A DNA stretch of 64,000 bases from Hyaloraphidium curvatum SAG 235-1 (lineage: Eukaryota; Fungi; Monoblepharomycota), in assembly GCA_025558095.1 (NCBI GenBank), contig JAIVFI010000021.1, positions 186,001 to 250,000 on the forward strand, given 5' to 3'. The position numbers were made by a program, and so were the translations under genes. The notes under the pieces were generated by a model. That model saw only the letters and a program-made list of their open reading frames with translations, did not search any database and had not been told where the DNA came from. Shown here one piece after another: positions 1-11,896 of the stretch; position 1 is the first letter of the stretch, and each line of letters opens with the position of its first letter.

Positions 1-100
1 GGGGGCCAAGGGAGGGAAGGAGGGGTGATGCGCCCGGAATGGAGGGGGAGGTTGGGGATACCCGTGGATTATGTGCTTGCTGCAAGAGACCCGATACCCT

Positions 101-145
101 GCAAGAAGCTGGTTGCAAGAAGCTGGTTGCAAGAAGCTCGTTGCA
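101..145. repeat. 14-bp tandem repeat (GCAAGAAGCTGGTT) x~3
   Basis: gcaagaagctggtt gcaagaagctggtt gcaagaagctcgtt gca read directly. Confidence 0.85.
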
Positions 146-301
146 CGTCTATTTCGCGGGAGGAAGTAGGATAACCGTGGCCGAGCGGCCCCAATCTCGA
201 ATCGACCAAGCTAACTAATACAACAAATCACCTCGAAAGACCATAGTCAGCACGCGCCATGCTCCCCAGCACCACCACTCCGCGGTCCACCCCGCTCCCA
301 G

Positions 302-1435
302 TCACTTTCCCTCCTCACCCCCCTCGACGGCCTCCAGCGCCCTCAACCGCCCCTGGACCGCCCCTCCCCCCCTCCGCTTGAGCATCCCCTTGATCTCCCC
401 GATCAGCGACGTGCGCGAGCGGGTGAGGTGCACCTTCGGATCCGCGGGGCGGGCGGGCGGGTCCGAGGTGAGGGTGGGCGTGGTGTCCTCTCTCTGCGGG
501 GATCCCGAGGCGCGGGACGCGGAGCGCAGCACGCGGCCGTCGAGCATGCCCGTCTCCGCGACCCCGGGTTTAGCGGGCTCGGGCGACGCGGCCCGCACGC
601 TTTGCCGGCGGCGGTTGAACTCGACGGCGAGCGAGTGCACGAGGTACGCCGGGATCGGCGACGGCGCGTCGGGCGGGGTGCGCGGCTTCTTGCGCTGCTT
701 GGGTTTGGCCGAGGGGTTGGCCTTCTTGGGCTTCTTCTTGCGGAGGGGGGGCTGTTCCGAGGGCGCGGGGAGCAGCGCGCGGCGGAGCTTCTTCCGCTTC
801 TTGGGGTCCTTCTTGCCAGAGGGCTTGGCGGGGTCGGAGCGGCGGGCGGTCAGGGGCTTGCGACGCTTGACGGGGGGCCGATGCACGGTGCGGTCCGAAG
901 GGTCGGCGTCCGAGGCGGGGCTGATGCGTCCGAGGGAAAAGGCGGGGGAATTGTCCGGCGAGTTCTCCGAGTCTTCGCCCTCGAGGAGCTCGTCGAGCCT
1001 GCGCTTGGCGCGGCGGGCGGTCTCGGGCGCGGTGGGGTCCATGGGCGGGTGCCTCGGTCCGCGCCGCGAGCCGTGCCCGCGCTCTGGCTCCGCATCGGAA
1101 TCGTCCTCGAACTCGAATTCCTCGTCGACGCCCTCTTCTTCTTCCGGGGGAGACGCCGCGCCGCCGAACCCCCCGTCCGCGCCGTCGAACTCGAACGACA
1201 GCGGTTCGCCGCACTCCTCGGCGTCGCACCATGCGGAGTCCCACGGCACTTCGTCTTCCGCTGCGTCTGTGTGAGAAGGGCCGCCGAGCAAAACGACGTC
1301 GTCGCAGCTCGAGATGTGCGCGGGGAGCGGGGTCCCGGCGCCAAAGAGGGACGAGAGCAACATGGCCGTCGGGTGGGCCGGCGCGGGGGGGAGGAGCGGT
1401 GCCGTCCGCGGCATCGGAGCGTCGGCGAGCTTCAT
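302..1435 (-). CDS. Hypothetical low-complexity protein with acidic and Lys-rich tracts (probable nuclear protein)
   Basis: 377-aa ATG ORF with EEEE/DD tract and KKRKK/RKKKPKK NLS-like clusters; no recognisable domain. Confidence 0.55.
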   Translation of the reverse strand: MKLADAPMPRTAPLLPPAPAHPTAMLLSSLFGAGTPLPAHISSCDDVVLLGGPSHTDAAEDEVPWDSAWCDAEECGEPLSFEFDGADGGFGGAASPPEEEEGVDEEFEFEDDSDAEPERGHGSRRGPRHPPMDPTAPETARRAKRRLDELLEGEDSENSPDNSPAFSLGRISPASDADPSDRTVHRPPVKRRKPLTARRSDPAKPSGKKDPKKRKKLRRALLPAPSEQPPLRKKKPKKANPSAKPKQRKKPRTPPDAPSPIPAYLVHSLAVEFNRRRQSVRAASPEPAKPGVAETGMLDGRVLRSASRASGSPQREDTTPTLTSDPPARPADPKVHLTRSRTSLIGEIKGMLKRRGGGAVQGRLRALEAVEGGEEGK

Positions 1436-1765
1436 TCCCGGGCGGCCGAAGGCGCGCGGTGCGGCGGTTGGCGCGGTGCGCGCCGGGGAGTCGACGCGGA
1501 TCGCCGGGGCGCGCGGGGCCGCGGGCGTCCACAGACGGCTGCCAACCGCGGATGCGCGCCGCCTTCGTGCAGCGGACTGTTGCCGCCGCCCGCGGAGGGC
1601 CGTCCGGCACGCGCGCTGGTCGCGGGAAGGTGACGGTTGCTCAGATCCAAGAGTGTCCCGAAAAATGAGTGAACGCTCTCAGAGCCCCAGGGGCTTTCTT
1701 TGTCACTCCTATTGCACGCTTCACACGCTTCCACCGCCGCATCTACCTCCGATTCGCCCTCTAAA

Positions 1766-2955
1766 ATGCCCGTTCCCGACTCTGGCTTCCCCCAGCCCCC
1801 CAAGGACCACACCCAGAAGGACAAGCACACGGGAATCCAGTCGGAGATGGAGACCCAACCCCTTTCGGACAAGCTCGAGGCCCCCGGCGGAAAGGGCCTG
1901 GAGGACTACAAAGCCGCCGGCAAGCTGCAAGGAAGGCGCGCGGTCATCACCGGTGCGAGCTGCTCCGCCCGCCGGGTGCCCGCGACGGAGTTCGGAAACG
2001 CTGAGCTGTCCACCCCGCACGCGCAGGCGGGGACTCGGGCATTGGCAGGGCCGTCGCCGTGCTCTTTGCCAAGGAGGGCGCGGACGTGGCCATCGCGTAC
2101 CTGCCCGAGGAGCAGAAGGACGCGGAGGAGACCAAGGGGATGGTGGAGAAGGAGGGAAGGAAGTGCGGGCTGGTCAGGTGCGACCTGAGCAAGGGGGAGA
2201 AGGAGGCCGCGAGGGTGATCCAGGAGGCGGTCAAGCAGCTCGGGGGGCTGGACGTGCTGGTGAACAACGCGTCCATGCAGGTGCGTGGTCCCTGCGCTGT
2301 CGATCCGGCTTCCGAGCTCGGGATCAACACACGCATCCGTCTTCGCACAGGTGATCCGCGAGTCAATCGACCAGCTCAAGGAAGAGGACATCGATGCCAC
2401 CTTCGCCACCAACATCAAGGCCATGATCTTCCTCTCCAAGCACGCCGTCGTGCGTCCTTCCCTTCCCTCGCGCACATTTCCCCTCCTGACTCTCACTCAC
2501 CCCACTTCCGCATGATCGCAGCCCCACCTCTCCCCCGGCTCCTCCGTCATCAACACCACCTCCGTCACCGCCTTCAAAGGCTCCCCCAGCCTGCTGGACT
2601 ACTCCTCGACCAAGGGCGCCATCGTCGCCTTCACCCGCTCGCTGGCGATGCAGCTCGTCCAGAAGGGGATCAGGGTGAACGCGGTGGCGCCGGGGCCGGT
2701 GTGGACGCCGCTGCAGCCCGTGAGCAGGGACCAGGGGAACCTGGAGGGCTGGGTGGAAGAGGGAGTGGGCAAGATCGGGCGCATCGGGCAGCCGGCCGAG
2801 ATCGCACCCGGTGCGTGCGCCCCGCCGTCGATCCGTCCGCGCGGAAGGATTCATGCCGGTGTCTGCACGCAGCCTACGTCTTCCTCGCCTCGCAGGACGC
2901 TTCCTTCTTCGAGGGTCAGACGCTGCACCCCAACGGCGGCCAGTTCACCGCCTGA
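1766..2955 (+). CDS. Classical short-chain dehydrogenase/reductase (glucose/ribitol dehydrogenase, YhxC/YdaD-like); 5 exons
   Basis: Introns 1953-2026, 2281-2350, 2450-2521 and 2811-2872 (GT..AG) join TGGDSGIG, NNAS, YSSTK and RVNAVAPGPVWTP motifs in one frame. Confidence 0.92.
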
Positions 2956-3464
2956 TCGGACCCCCGGACCGAAACGCATAGCTAGATTCCACTGTCGTCG
3001 ACTTTCTCCTTTCCATAGACAAATTTGCCCGGCCTTAGCCTTAGCAGCTCGGCCCTGCGATTGGGAACAGCGATGGGAACAGCTTGCCGCCCGGGAGCGG
3101 AACCGCAGCGCCCGACGCGAGCTCCTTCATGGCGTCCCCCATGATTTGCACGGTGGCCTCCGAGCGCAAGGACAGCGCACGGTCCGACAGAAAGGGGAGA
3201 TAGGGGACCGGCGTGTCCTTGAGCGGCGCCCGGAAAAGCGACCATCAATGCCCGTCGACGTCGACAAAGTTCGTCGAGGCGCTTCAGGACTGCGCATCGG
3301 AGTCGCCCAAAGGCGAGATCGCCAGGGCCCCCTCAGCCCCGGCCTCGTTGGGAAAGATACGTCGTTCATTCCAAATATTGCCGTTGATGAAGGAGCGCCG
3401 ATGGAATGCAATAGAGAACGAATGAACGGGCATCGTACACTTCTGTTGATACCTCCCGAACACT

Positions 3465-4713
3465 CTAGCATCCAGCGCAGTTGTACTCAACGCTAAACTT
3501 CTTTGCTACCCCCGGGCAGATATCGCCGAATAGATCGTTCCTGGTGAAACCGTTAACGAAGCCGAGCGCAAGCAGGGAAATTGCAACCCACAAGTATTTC
3601 GGAGCCTGGCACCTCTTGGGGTTTTGCGTAGAGCAATGGTGGCGAAGGGCATCCAGCACATTCTTCCTAGAACAGTTCGGATTGCTTGGGCAAGGTTGTG
3701 ATGCTTCCGCACTCTTGGTCTCGTCTGGTCTGGTCTCCTGGTATTTCCCTCGGCGTCCCAATACACGAGGTGGATCGATGAAGTACTAGAACAACATGAG
3801 CGCAAAATCTGCAACATGAGCGTGAACACTCACCGTTGCTTTTAGAATGCATAAGGTCCCATCAGCACACTCGATGTTTTTGTCGCTCTGGCTCTCCGCA
3901 AACAGCAGCGACTTGACTTGAGCCTGCTGCTCTTTGCGCTTCCGTTCCGCGGCCTCCTGCTCCTCGAGCTCCTTCTGCTTCCGTACAGCCTCCTCATCCT
4001 TAATGCGCTTCCGTTCGTCGGCTTCCTTCTCCTCCTGCTTGCGCCTCCGCGCCTCCTCCTCCTTCTCCCTCTGCTTGCGCTTCTGTTCGGTGGCTTCCTG
4101 CTCCTCCTGCTCCTTGCGCTTTTTGGCTTCCTCCTCCTCCTTGCGTTTTCTTTCGGCCGCCTCCGTCTCCTTGCGCTTCCTTGCCTCGTCCTGCTTGGAT
4201 GGTCCGGGCTTGAGGCACTTGTATTTAACCTCCAGGTATGCCCCCGTGCCGGCGCAATCGGCGGCCGCCGGGTACAGGTCCGTTACGCGGGCCTTGCAGG
4301 TCTGCTTGTTCGTGCAGCTTTCGCTGACCGCGTCCAGGATCGCTGCCCTGGTGGCCCTGTCCGCTTCCGGGCATTCGGGCTCCTCGTCCTCTTCGTCCTC
4401 GTCCTCGTCCTCTTCGTCCTCGTCCTCGTCCTCTTCTTCGGGCCCTGCCCCTGCGCACGAGCCGGCGCCTCTCGTCGTCGCCGTCGTCCCCGGCGCCGCA
4501 CTCGTCCGCCCGCTCGCCGACGCCGAACGTCGCCGAAACCGCATGCACCACTTTTCCGCGGGGACACGAGGCCTCGAATTTCATCGTGTCCGCGCACGCG
4601 AGGACGGTGCCGCCGGCGGGCGTCGAGGAGGTGATGGGCTTGCCCCGGACCGCGGCGCCGGCGCCGGCCGCCAGGAGCGCGAGCGCCGCCAACACCGCGC
4701 CGACGGAACGCAT
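3465..4713 (-). CDS. Secreted protein with two SUEL/Gal_lectin-type domains separated by an E/K/R coiled coil; apparent frameshift at ~4440
   Basis: Signal peptide MRSVGAVLAALALLAAGAGA; domain 1 CPRGKVVHAVSATFG...CTNKQTC...DCAGTGAYLEVKYKC; intron 3786-3833; domain 2 ...CSRKNVLDALRHHC...DLFGDICPGVAKKFSVEYNC. Confidence 0.7.
4381..4440. repeat. Imperfect (TCCTCG/TCT) microsatellite encoding a poly-E/D tract on the minus strand
   Basis: tcctcgtcctcttcgtcctcgtcctcg... read directly. Confidence 0.8.
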
Positions 4714-5016
4714 CGCGCGCGGAGGGTAGCGCTCCAGGGGTTTGACGATAGCCTCGTCTCGGGGGCAAGGTATCTGCCACGCGTCCTTGGACCCGTTTTC
4801 GAGGCGCCCTCCGCCACCGACGGGGAAAAGGCGTCCTCGCCGCACAATCCGATCCCGGTCCTTATGATCAAGCACTATAGCCCGTTCAGGAATGAGCCCC
4901 TTAGCACCCTTGCCGTGACCCTCGCTCGCCGAGCGCCCGCACGACGAACCAAGCATGAATCGCGCATTCACTCTTCCGATAGTAGGCATCCGTACGCCGA
5001 GCACCCGCCAGCACCG

Positions 5017-6767
5017 CTAGCTACCCCCATCCCCCCCCATCCCGTCCCGCAGAACCCACGCCACCCTCGCCCTGAGCGCCTCCCACGTCTCCAAACAGTC
5101 CTCCCACCTCCTCCACGTCGGAAACGCCCTCCCCAGCGCCCTCTCCACCTTCTCCCTCCCCACCCCCAGCTTATCCGCGGCGAGGGCAGCCTGCTCCCCC
5201 AACCACGCATCGAACGCCCTCCTCCTCCCCGCCAGCAGCCCCGGCACGCCGTCCTGCGCGCACCCTCCCGCCGCGCGCGCGAGCCACACCTGCCCCGCCC
5301 TGCTCCGCACCAAGTTTTCCCCGCCCTCCCCCTGCACCCCCGCGAGCGCGAGCAGCCTCCTTTTCTCCTCCGCTCCGTATATCGGCCATCCCCCTCCCCC
5401 GCCCCTCCCGGGCGCGACGAACCCGGCGAAAAGCCAGCTGCCCCCGCACATCACCCCCGCCAGCCTCACGCGCGTCTCGCCGCGGGGGCTCCACGCGCCG
5501 TCGGACCACTCCTCGTACGGCCCGGCGCCGACGCTGGGCGAGTGGAACGCGGAGGGGCCGGGGGGAGGGGGGTCGGTGAAGCGGTGCAGGAGGAGGAAGT
5601 CGGACGCGGCGGGGTGCAGCCGGAGGGAGTGCGGGGGGTGGGAGAGGAGGGAGTTTGACCAGGAGGGGTCGGGGGTGGGGAGGTCTGCGGAACGTTTGGG
5701 GCGGGCGGTCAGATCCGGCATCGGGAACGCGGGCGGCGGCGCCCACCAAAGGAAATGGCCCTGTCGTACGACACGAGCACCTTCCTCGACGTCCTTTCCC
5801 CCCTCGGCACCCCCCGATGAGGCACCCCCTCGCGCTCGAGCCAGTACCACCACTCGCTCCTCGACTTGTGCTTGCTCCTCGCGGCCGAGAACAGCCCCTC
5901 CTCGTCGTCGAACGCGTCCGCGCGGGGCGCGAACCGCCACACCCCCGAGGGCGAAACGGAGAGCAGCTCCATCCGCACGGGGCGGTTGCGCGCCGCCCGG
6001 TGGTTGGGCCGGGTCTCGACGACGAGCGACCAGCGGCCGTCGCGGAAGCGCGCGAGGAGGGCCGAGGGGGCGAGGGCGGAGAAGAGGCGCGAGAGGCGGC
6101 GGAGGCGGCATATCTCGGGGAAGGGGAGGAGCGGGAGGATGTGCAGGGAGAGGAGCTCGCCTGGGAGGGTGGCGAGCGTGGGGGGTGCGGGAGCCGGGGC
6201 GTCGGCAGCAGGCTGGTCGACGCCCCCCGATGCGTCCGACGGGCACTCTGTTGCGCCGGAGGACAGCGAGTCGGGCGATGCGGGGGCCGCCAAGGTGCAG
6301 CGGGCGACTGCGCGGCGGAGCAGCGTCGCGGCGTCGTCGGCCTCTTCTTCCCCGTCCTGCTCCCCGTCCTGCTCCCCGTCCTGCTCCCCGTCCTGCTCCC
6401 CGCCCGGGTCCTCTGCATGCTCCTTCCCCGCATCAGAGTCATCCAGCCTGCTGCCTCTGCCCACAGCATGCCCATCGCCAGCGTGGGCGCCCCACGGGTT
6501 TTTGCCCTCCAGCACCTTTGCCCAGTCCTCCGCCCTGCGCGGCCGCGGGGCGACGGCGGTCCGCGGGCTGTCCTCGCCGGGTGACGCCACGGAGAGCGGC
6601 AGCCACGCGGTCCGCGGCGAGTCCTCCGGCGACGGCGATGCGGCGGGCGACACGGCGGGCGAGACGGCGTCGGAGAGCGTCAGCAGCGGCGGCACGCCCG
6701 CCGACTCGAGCGGGCCCAGGCCGAAGCCGGTGCGGGCGCTGTGCCACGCGGGCTGCGGGCCCGCCAT
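5017..6767 (-). CDS. F-box domain protein
   Basis: F-box-like LATLPGELLSLHILPLLPFPEICRLRRLSRLF; intron 5685-5746 joins ORF 5709-6884 to ORF 5017-6246; (EQDG)4 repeat at 6350-6400; start uncertain. Confidence 0.72.
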
Positions 6768-7009
6768 CGGCCTCCGCGGAAAAGGGAGGGGGTGGAGGGC
6801 GTCGGAGTCGCGTGCGCCGCAGCACTCTGCTGATCCGCGGAAAATCGGGACTCTAAGCGGGATCTTAGGTCGGGCACTGCCCACGGCTTTGGGGCGGTTA
6901 GCGCTCCCTTTTCTTGGCCTTAACGCCTAAACCAAACCGACCGCCACCTCACCCTCCACTCCATGGCCATCAGGCTTTCATAGACAGCGTGGCCCCCTCC
7001 CGGCTGACG

Positions 7010-9291
7010 ATGAACGGCGTCGCAGCGCCGCCCGGCGTCGACGCGCTGCTCGTCCCGTCCGCGGCGCCCGGCGCGATCCCGCAGCCGCCGTCGCTGCCGC
7101 CAACACCCCGCCGCGCGTCCGCCGTCGTCGAGTCGATCCTCCGCGAGAGCCTGCGCGACGGCGACACGCTGCTGGAGGACGTCGCCGCGTCGGGCGCCGA
7201 CGCGAGCAGCTCCGACGACGACGGCGAGGCGGCGCCGGTGAGGGCGCGCGGCGAGCTGCCGGGCGCCGCCGAGGAGGCCGGCCGCTTCACAAAGTGGGGG
7301 TTGGGCGGCTTCGAGTTCGTGTCGCGCGAGTCGACGTGGAACCGCGTGCTGCGGTGGCCGCTGCTGGGCTTCATCTTCGCCATGCTGCTCGCAGACGCCG
7401 TGCTGTACCTGCTCGTGCGGCTGGCCGTGGTGGTCTACGAGGACCTCATCGTGTGGCGCGGCAAGTCGCGCCGGCTGCGGGACGCGGTGCATTCCGCCCG
7501 CACCTACGCCGAGTTCAAGGCCGCCGCCCGCGAGCTGGACGCCCACCTGGGCAACGAGGCGTGGAAGCGCCGCGTGGACTCGCTGGACCACGACGCGGAC
7601 ACGGTGATCCGCACCGCCAGGCGGCTGGACAAGTACCGCGCGCGGGGGGACCTGCGCCGCCTGCGCGAGGTCCTCCTGCACGGCGCGCTCAAGCCGAACC
7701 ACGGCGGCGTCGAGAACCCGGGCCTGTACTCGCACACCTACTGGGGCACCAAGCACGGCGTGGAGCGGTTCGTCGCGTCGACCATCGCCGCGCTGGACTA
7801 CGTCTCGGCGACGCCGTACCTGTCGGCGGCCGAGAAGCGCGATTTCTTCAGGAAGGCGGCGCACCAGTACGGCCGCTCCGCGCTGCTCCTCTCGGGCGGC
7901 GCCGGCCTCGGTTACTATCAGTAAGCCTCCCGTTGCCGCCTTCTTGTCGTTCGCTGACCCCCCGGTTTAGCCTCGGCGTCCTCGACGCCCTCATCTCCAA
8001 CGACTGCCTCCCCGACGTCATCACCGGCACCTCTGCCGGCTCCCTCATCGCCGCCATGGTCGGCGTCCGCACCCTCGACGAGATCCGCCGCGACATTCTG
8101 ACCCCGGAGCTGCACCGCATCCTCACCGCCTGCTCGGAACCCTGGACCGTCCGCATCCGCCGCTACTTCCGCGAGGGGGCGCTGTTCGACATCAACGACT
8201 GGTACTCCAAGATGTCCGTCGTCACGGGGCACATCACCTTCCTCGAGGCGTTCCAGAAGACGGGCCGGGTGCTCAACGTCTCGGTCGTCCCCGAGGAACC
8301 CGGCGCGCCCCCGAAGCTGCTCAACTACGTCACCGCGCCCGACGTGCTCGTCGCCTCGGCCGTGCTCGCCTCCTCCGCCGTGCCGGGGATCCTCAAGCCC
8401 GTGGAGCTGCAGCGCAAGACGGCCAGCGGGAGGGTGGTCCCCTTCAAGGGCGCGGGCAAGTGGTGGCGCGACGGGTCGCTGAGGGTGGACATTCCGGGGG
8501 AGCAGCTGCACAGGCTGTTCAACGTAAACTACTCGGTCGTGTCGCAGGTGAACCCGCACGTGGGACTGTTCTTCTACGAGCGGAGGGGGGCGGCGGGGGT
8601 GCCGACGGCACACAGGGGCGGGAGGGGGTGGCGGGGCGGGTTCATCCTCGGTGAGCCGTGCCGTCGGCGGTGCCGTCGGCGCGAGACTGACGCGGTGCGG
8701 CGGGGACAGCGACGCTGGAGCACCACCTCAAGCTGGACATGATCAAGTGGGCCAACCTGCTGCGCGACATGAGCCTCCTGCCGCGGTACATGGGCGTCGA
8801 CCCGTCGCTTTTTTTCCTTCAGAACTTCGAGGGCAACCTGACGATCGTGCCGCGGAGCACGCTGACCGGTGACGCCGACCCTTCCCCGCCTTGCGGCCCC
8901 GCTGATCACGCCCGCCGCAGACTACCTCTTCCTCCTGGACGACCCCTCGCGGGACCGCCTCGTGAGCTTCTTCCGCGGCGGCCAGCGCGCCGCCTTCCCC
9001 AAGGTCCACGCGGTCTCGAACCGCCTCCGGATCGAGCAGGCCGTCGCGCGCGGGCGCGCCGCCGCGCGGCGCGAAGCGCGCGAGGAGCGGCGCGCGGCGC
9101 GGACGCGGGGGAGCGACGTGGCGGGCGTCACGAGCGACGGGGAGCGGTCCGTGGATGCCGGGCCGGGGTGGGCGGCGATGACCGGGGGGCCGGGGGGCGA
9201 GGCGCAGGCGGCGGATGGGGAGGAGGAGAGCGAGGCGTGGAGCGCGGAGAGCGTGAGCGGGGGGTCGGGGGACGAGGGCGAGCGGTTGTGA
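7010..9291 (+). CDS. Patatin-like triacylglycerol lipase/phospholipase (TGL3/4/5, SDP1-like; DUF3336 + patatin)
   Basis: LSGGAGLG, GTSAG nucleophile, WRDGS and VSQVNPH motifs; N-terminal TM segment; introns 7921-7970, 8651-8709, 8869-8920. Confidence 0.92.
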
Positions 9292-9532
9292 GTCGGCGAC
9301 GGGGGGTTGGGGATACCAGGTGGACGTGAGATTGAATCCAATTGCATTCAGTTTACAAGTGCCACGTGACGCGTCCGCGCCGTTGTCTCAAGTGAAATAG
9401 CATCAGTTTACAGCCAAAGACAATGCGAGAAGTGGGATGGATGGATGGATGGAGAAGGTGGCAAAATGGCCGCAGTGAGTCAGATGGCGACGGCCACCAC
9501 TGATCCATCCCCACGCGTCGGGATCGCGTCCA

Positions 9533-10204
9533 TCAGATCCCGGCAAACAGCTCGTCACCCAGCATGCTCAGCTCCGCAGCCTGGGCCTTGATTTCTTCCT
9601 CGGATGGCGCGTCGGCCACGAGGGGCAGGTCCGTTGTCGGGCCGGCGGATGGCTGCTGCGGGGCGTGCGCCTGCGCCAGCATCGAGCACGCGGCCAGCAG
9701 CTGCGCGAGCGTGCGCGCGTCGACGAGCGCGTACGGCGTGCCGGGCAGCAAAAACGCCGGGAATCCGGGCGCGGGGAACGGCGCCATCGCGGGGAACGGG
9801 AACGGCATCCCCGCGGGCGGCGCGCCGGGATGGCCCATCTCGGGCATCGCAAACTCGATGGGCGACGCGCAGACCGTGGCGGTGTCGGAGGACGCGTCGG
9901 AGGGCGGCGGCGCGTCGTCGGCGCCCGTCCCCTGCGCCCCCGCGGCGCCGCGCTCCCAGCTGCCCCGCTGCCCGGCCTTGCGCCGCGCGCCTCGCGTGCA
10001 TGCCGATGCCTTCTTGACGCAGCGGCCGCACGGGATCTTGCCGTCGCACTTGCGCCTGAACCAGAGCGAGTCAGCTGTGTCCCCACCGGAGCCCTGGGCT
10101 GCCCACCGCACGCCGCGGCAACCGTCGCAGCTGGTCCGCATGAGCAGGAACGGCGCGCCTTTCATCGCCCCCGCCGCGTCGCTGCCGGCCCCGTCCGACA
10201 TCAT
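9533..10204 (-). CDS. Small Zn(II)2Cys6 (GAL4-type) transcription factor
   Basis: Removing the 51-nt intron 10056-10106 gives CDGCRGVRRKCDGKIPCGRCVKKASAC (canonical 6-Cys spacing). Confidence 0.88.
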   Translation of the reverse strand: MMSDGAGSDAAGAMKGAPFLLMRTSCDGCRGVRWAAQGSGGDTADSLWFRRKCDGKIPCGRCVKKASACTRGARRKAGQRGSWERGAAGAQGTGADDAPPPSDASSDTATVCASPIEFAMPEMGHPGAPPAGMPFPFPAMAPFPAPGFPAFLLPGTPYALVDARTLAQLLAACSMLAQAHAPQQPSAGPTTDLPLVADAPSEEEIKAQAAELSMLGDELFAGI

Positions 10205-11896
10205 CAACTGGTTTTTGAGTCAGAGAGGGGAAGGGGAAGGGCAGGCGATTGTTCCCGACCTTGCTCCCTGTCCAGCCAGGCCAGCCCCAGCCGGTTCTTC
10301 CCACCGGATCGCCGGGGATCGGACGCAACCGGCTGCATCCGCGGAGACCGGCCGGTTCGGATTCAGCCGCGATGGATCGTCCGGGAATTTGCTGGGCGGA
10401 GGAAGCGCGCGAGACGCCTCGTTACTCGGGAGTTTGGGTCTCTTCGCTCTTTCATCATCCGACGGATCGCAATCCATTCTTCGATAATCTATGGATTTGG
10501 TTCAACCGCCCTTTGTGCCTTTGCATCTGATATGTTCCCCGGTCACGGTGCTCTGCAGATCGGGCCGCGCCAACCTCCGTGGCAGGGAGGCGAGCGGATC
10601 GGCCACGCTGCCTCTCCCCTTTTTGGGTTACGCCAATCGCAATCTCTTCATGCCGGCCGCCGGTCGACAACCCCTGTAGCCGCAGCTCGGGCACCTCTCC
10701 GGCGCGGGCATTCATTTCCACCCTCCATCGCGCTGGGCCAGGGGGCCGTTGCCCAGCAGAGGATCGCTCCTCCTTGTTGTCCTCATCCGCATCGCCGCAT
10801 TCAAGGCACCGCCCTCCCCGCGCGAGACGCCAGACCGGATTTCCGCCGGTTCGGGACCCGGACAATCGCCGGCAAACATCTCCGCGCCTCGGCGGCCCGG
10901 CGGGGCCACGAGTCGCGTCGGGTTGGACGCGCTGCCCCCTGGGATCATTCGATCGTCATCCCTTGATCGGTTCCCGTCGGCCACCGAGCGGCCACCTGCG
11001 GCCACTTCCGGGGCGGCGGCGGCGGGCGAGGATTGTGTAAAGCGCCCGAGGGTCTCGAAGGAAACTCGGATCGCGTTGCCCGGCCCGCGCCCGGGCGGGA
11101 ACTTCGGCTGTGGCGGACTTCGGGCGCCACACCGGCGGCCCCGACGGCGGCGATAACGGCCCGTCCGAACCTCCAAGATGGCCGGGAGGTCCGTCGGCCT
11201 CCGGATGGGGATCCGCAGCAGAGTTGCTTGGTGTTCCGTTCCTCCGGGTTCGCCAACCATGCCGCCCGCCCTGATCGCGGCCGCCCTGGCCTCCCTGCAA
11301 GAAGACCAACGTGTAAAAGACACAAACCAGTCTCTTGAGCAGGGACGTTTATATCCAGACCAGGTCTTTGGGGCACGTCACAGTGGATTGATGACGGATG
11401 GACGGCATTCTGGGACAGCGGATGCGCAAATAGGCGATCACGTGGGCGCAACAGGGTCGCCGATGCAAGACATGTACACCACTAAAGCTCTCCGGGGCGG
11501 CAACATCGCTACGCCTCCGAGTCGTGCGCTTTGCCCCCCGAGCTCCTCAGGTCGGCGGCCGAAAATCCACCGAATCGCCCAAGTCGCCGAAGTCGCCCAC
11601 CGACTCGCCAAAGTCGTTCCCAGGGCTGTGGCATGCGATAAGTCAAGCCCCAAATACGAAATCTCGTGAAGGAGTACTGTCTGCGACGTCTGGTGGAGGC
11701 TGCTGAGAAAGTCATCAACGACTTGCGTTGCAAATCAATCAGCGGCCCCGTCCGGCTGCAGCTGTTCCCGATGGAATGACTGCAATCAACGTGCCGATGG
11801 CCTGGCCGCTGCCGTCAAAGGGAGATCCGGATCCCGTTGCCGAGCTCGGCATCAAGCTCCATGAGGACCTTCGGCCACTGCGAAAGTGTCGTCAGT

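Noticed and set aside
101-145. Short direct repeats as a CRISPR-like array
   Set aside because: Head-to-tail 14-mers with no spacers, in a eukaryotic context with no cas genes
1766-2955. Recent bacterial transfer of the stress-type SDR
   Set aside because: Four spliceosomal introns and host-like codon use; this subfamily also occurs in fungi
9433-9452. (GGAT)n microsatellite
   Set aside because: Short and ordinary; no sign of function
10210-11890. ORFs in the long region upstream of the Zn2Cys6 gene
   Set aside because: No domain signal or consistent coding pattern; treated as intergenic/promoter
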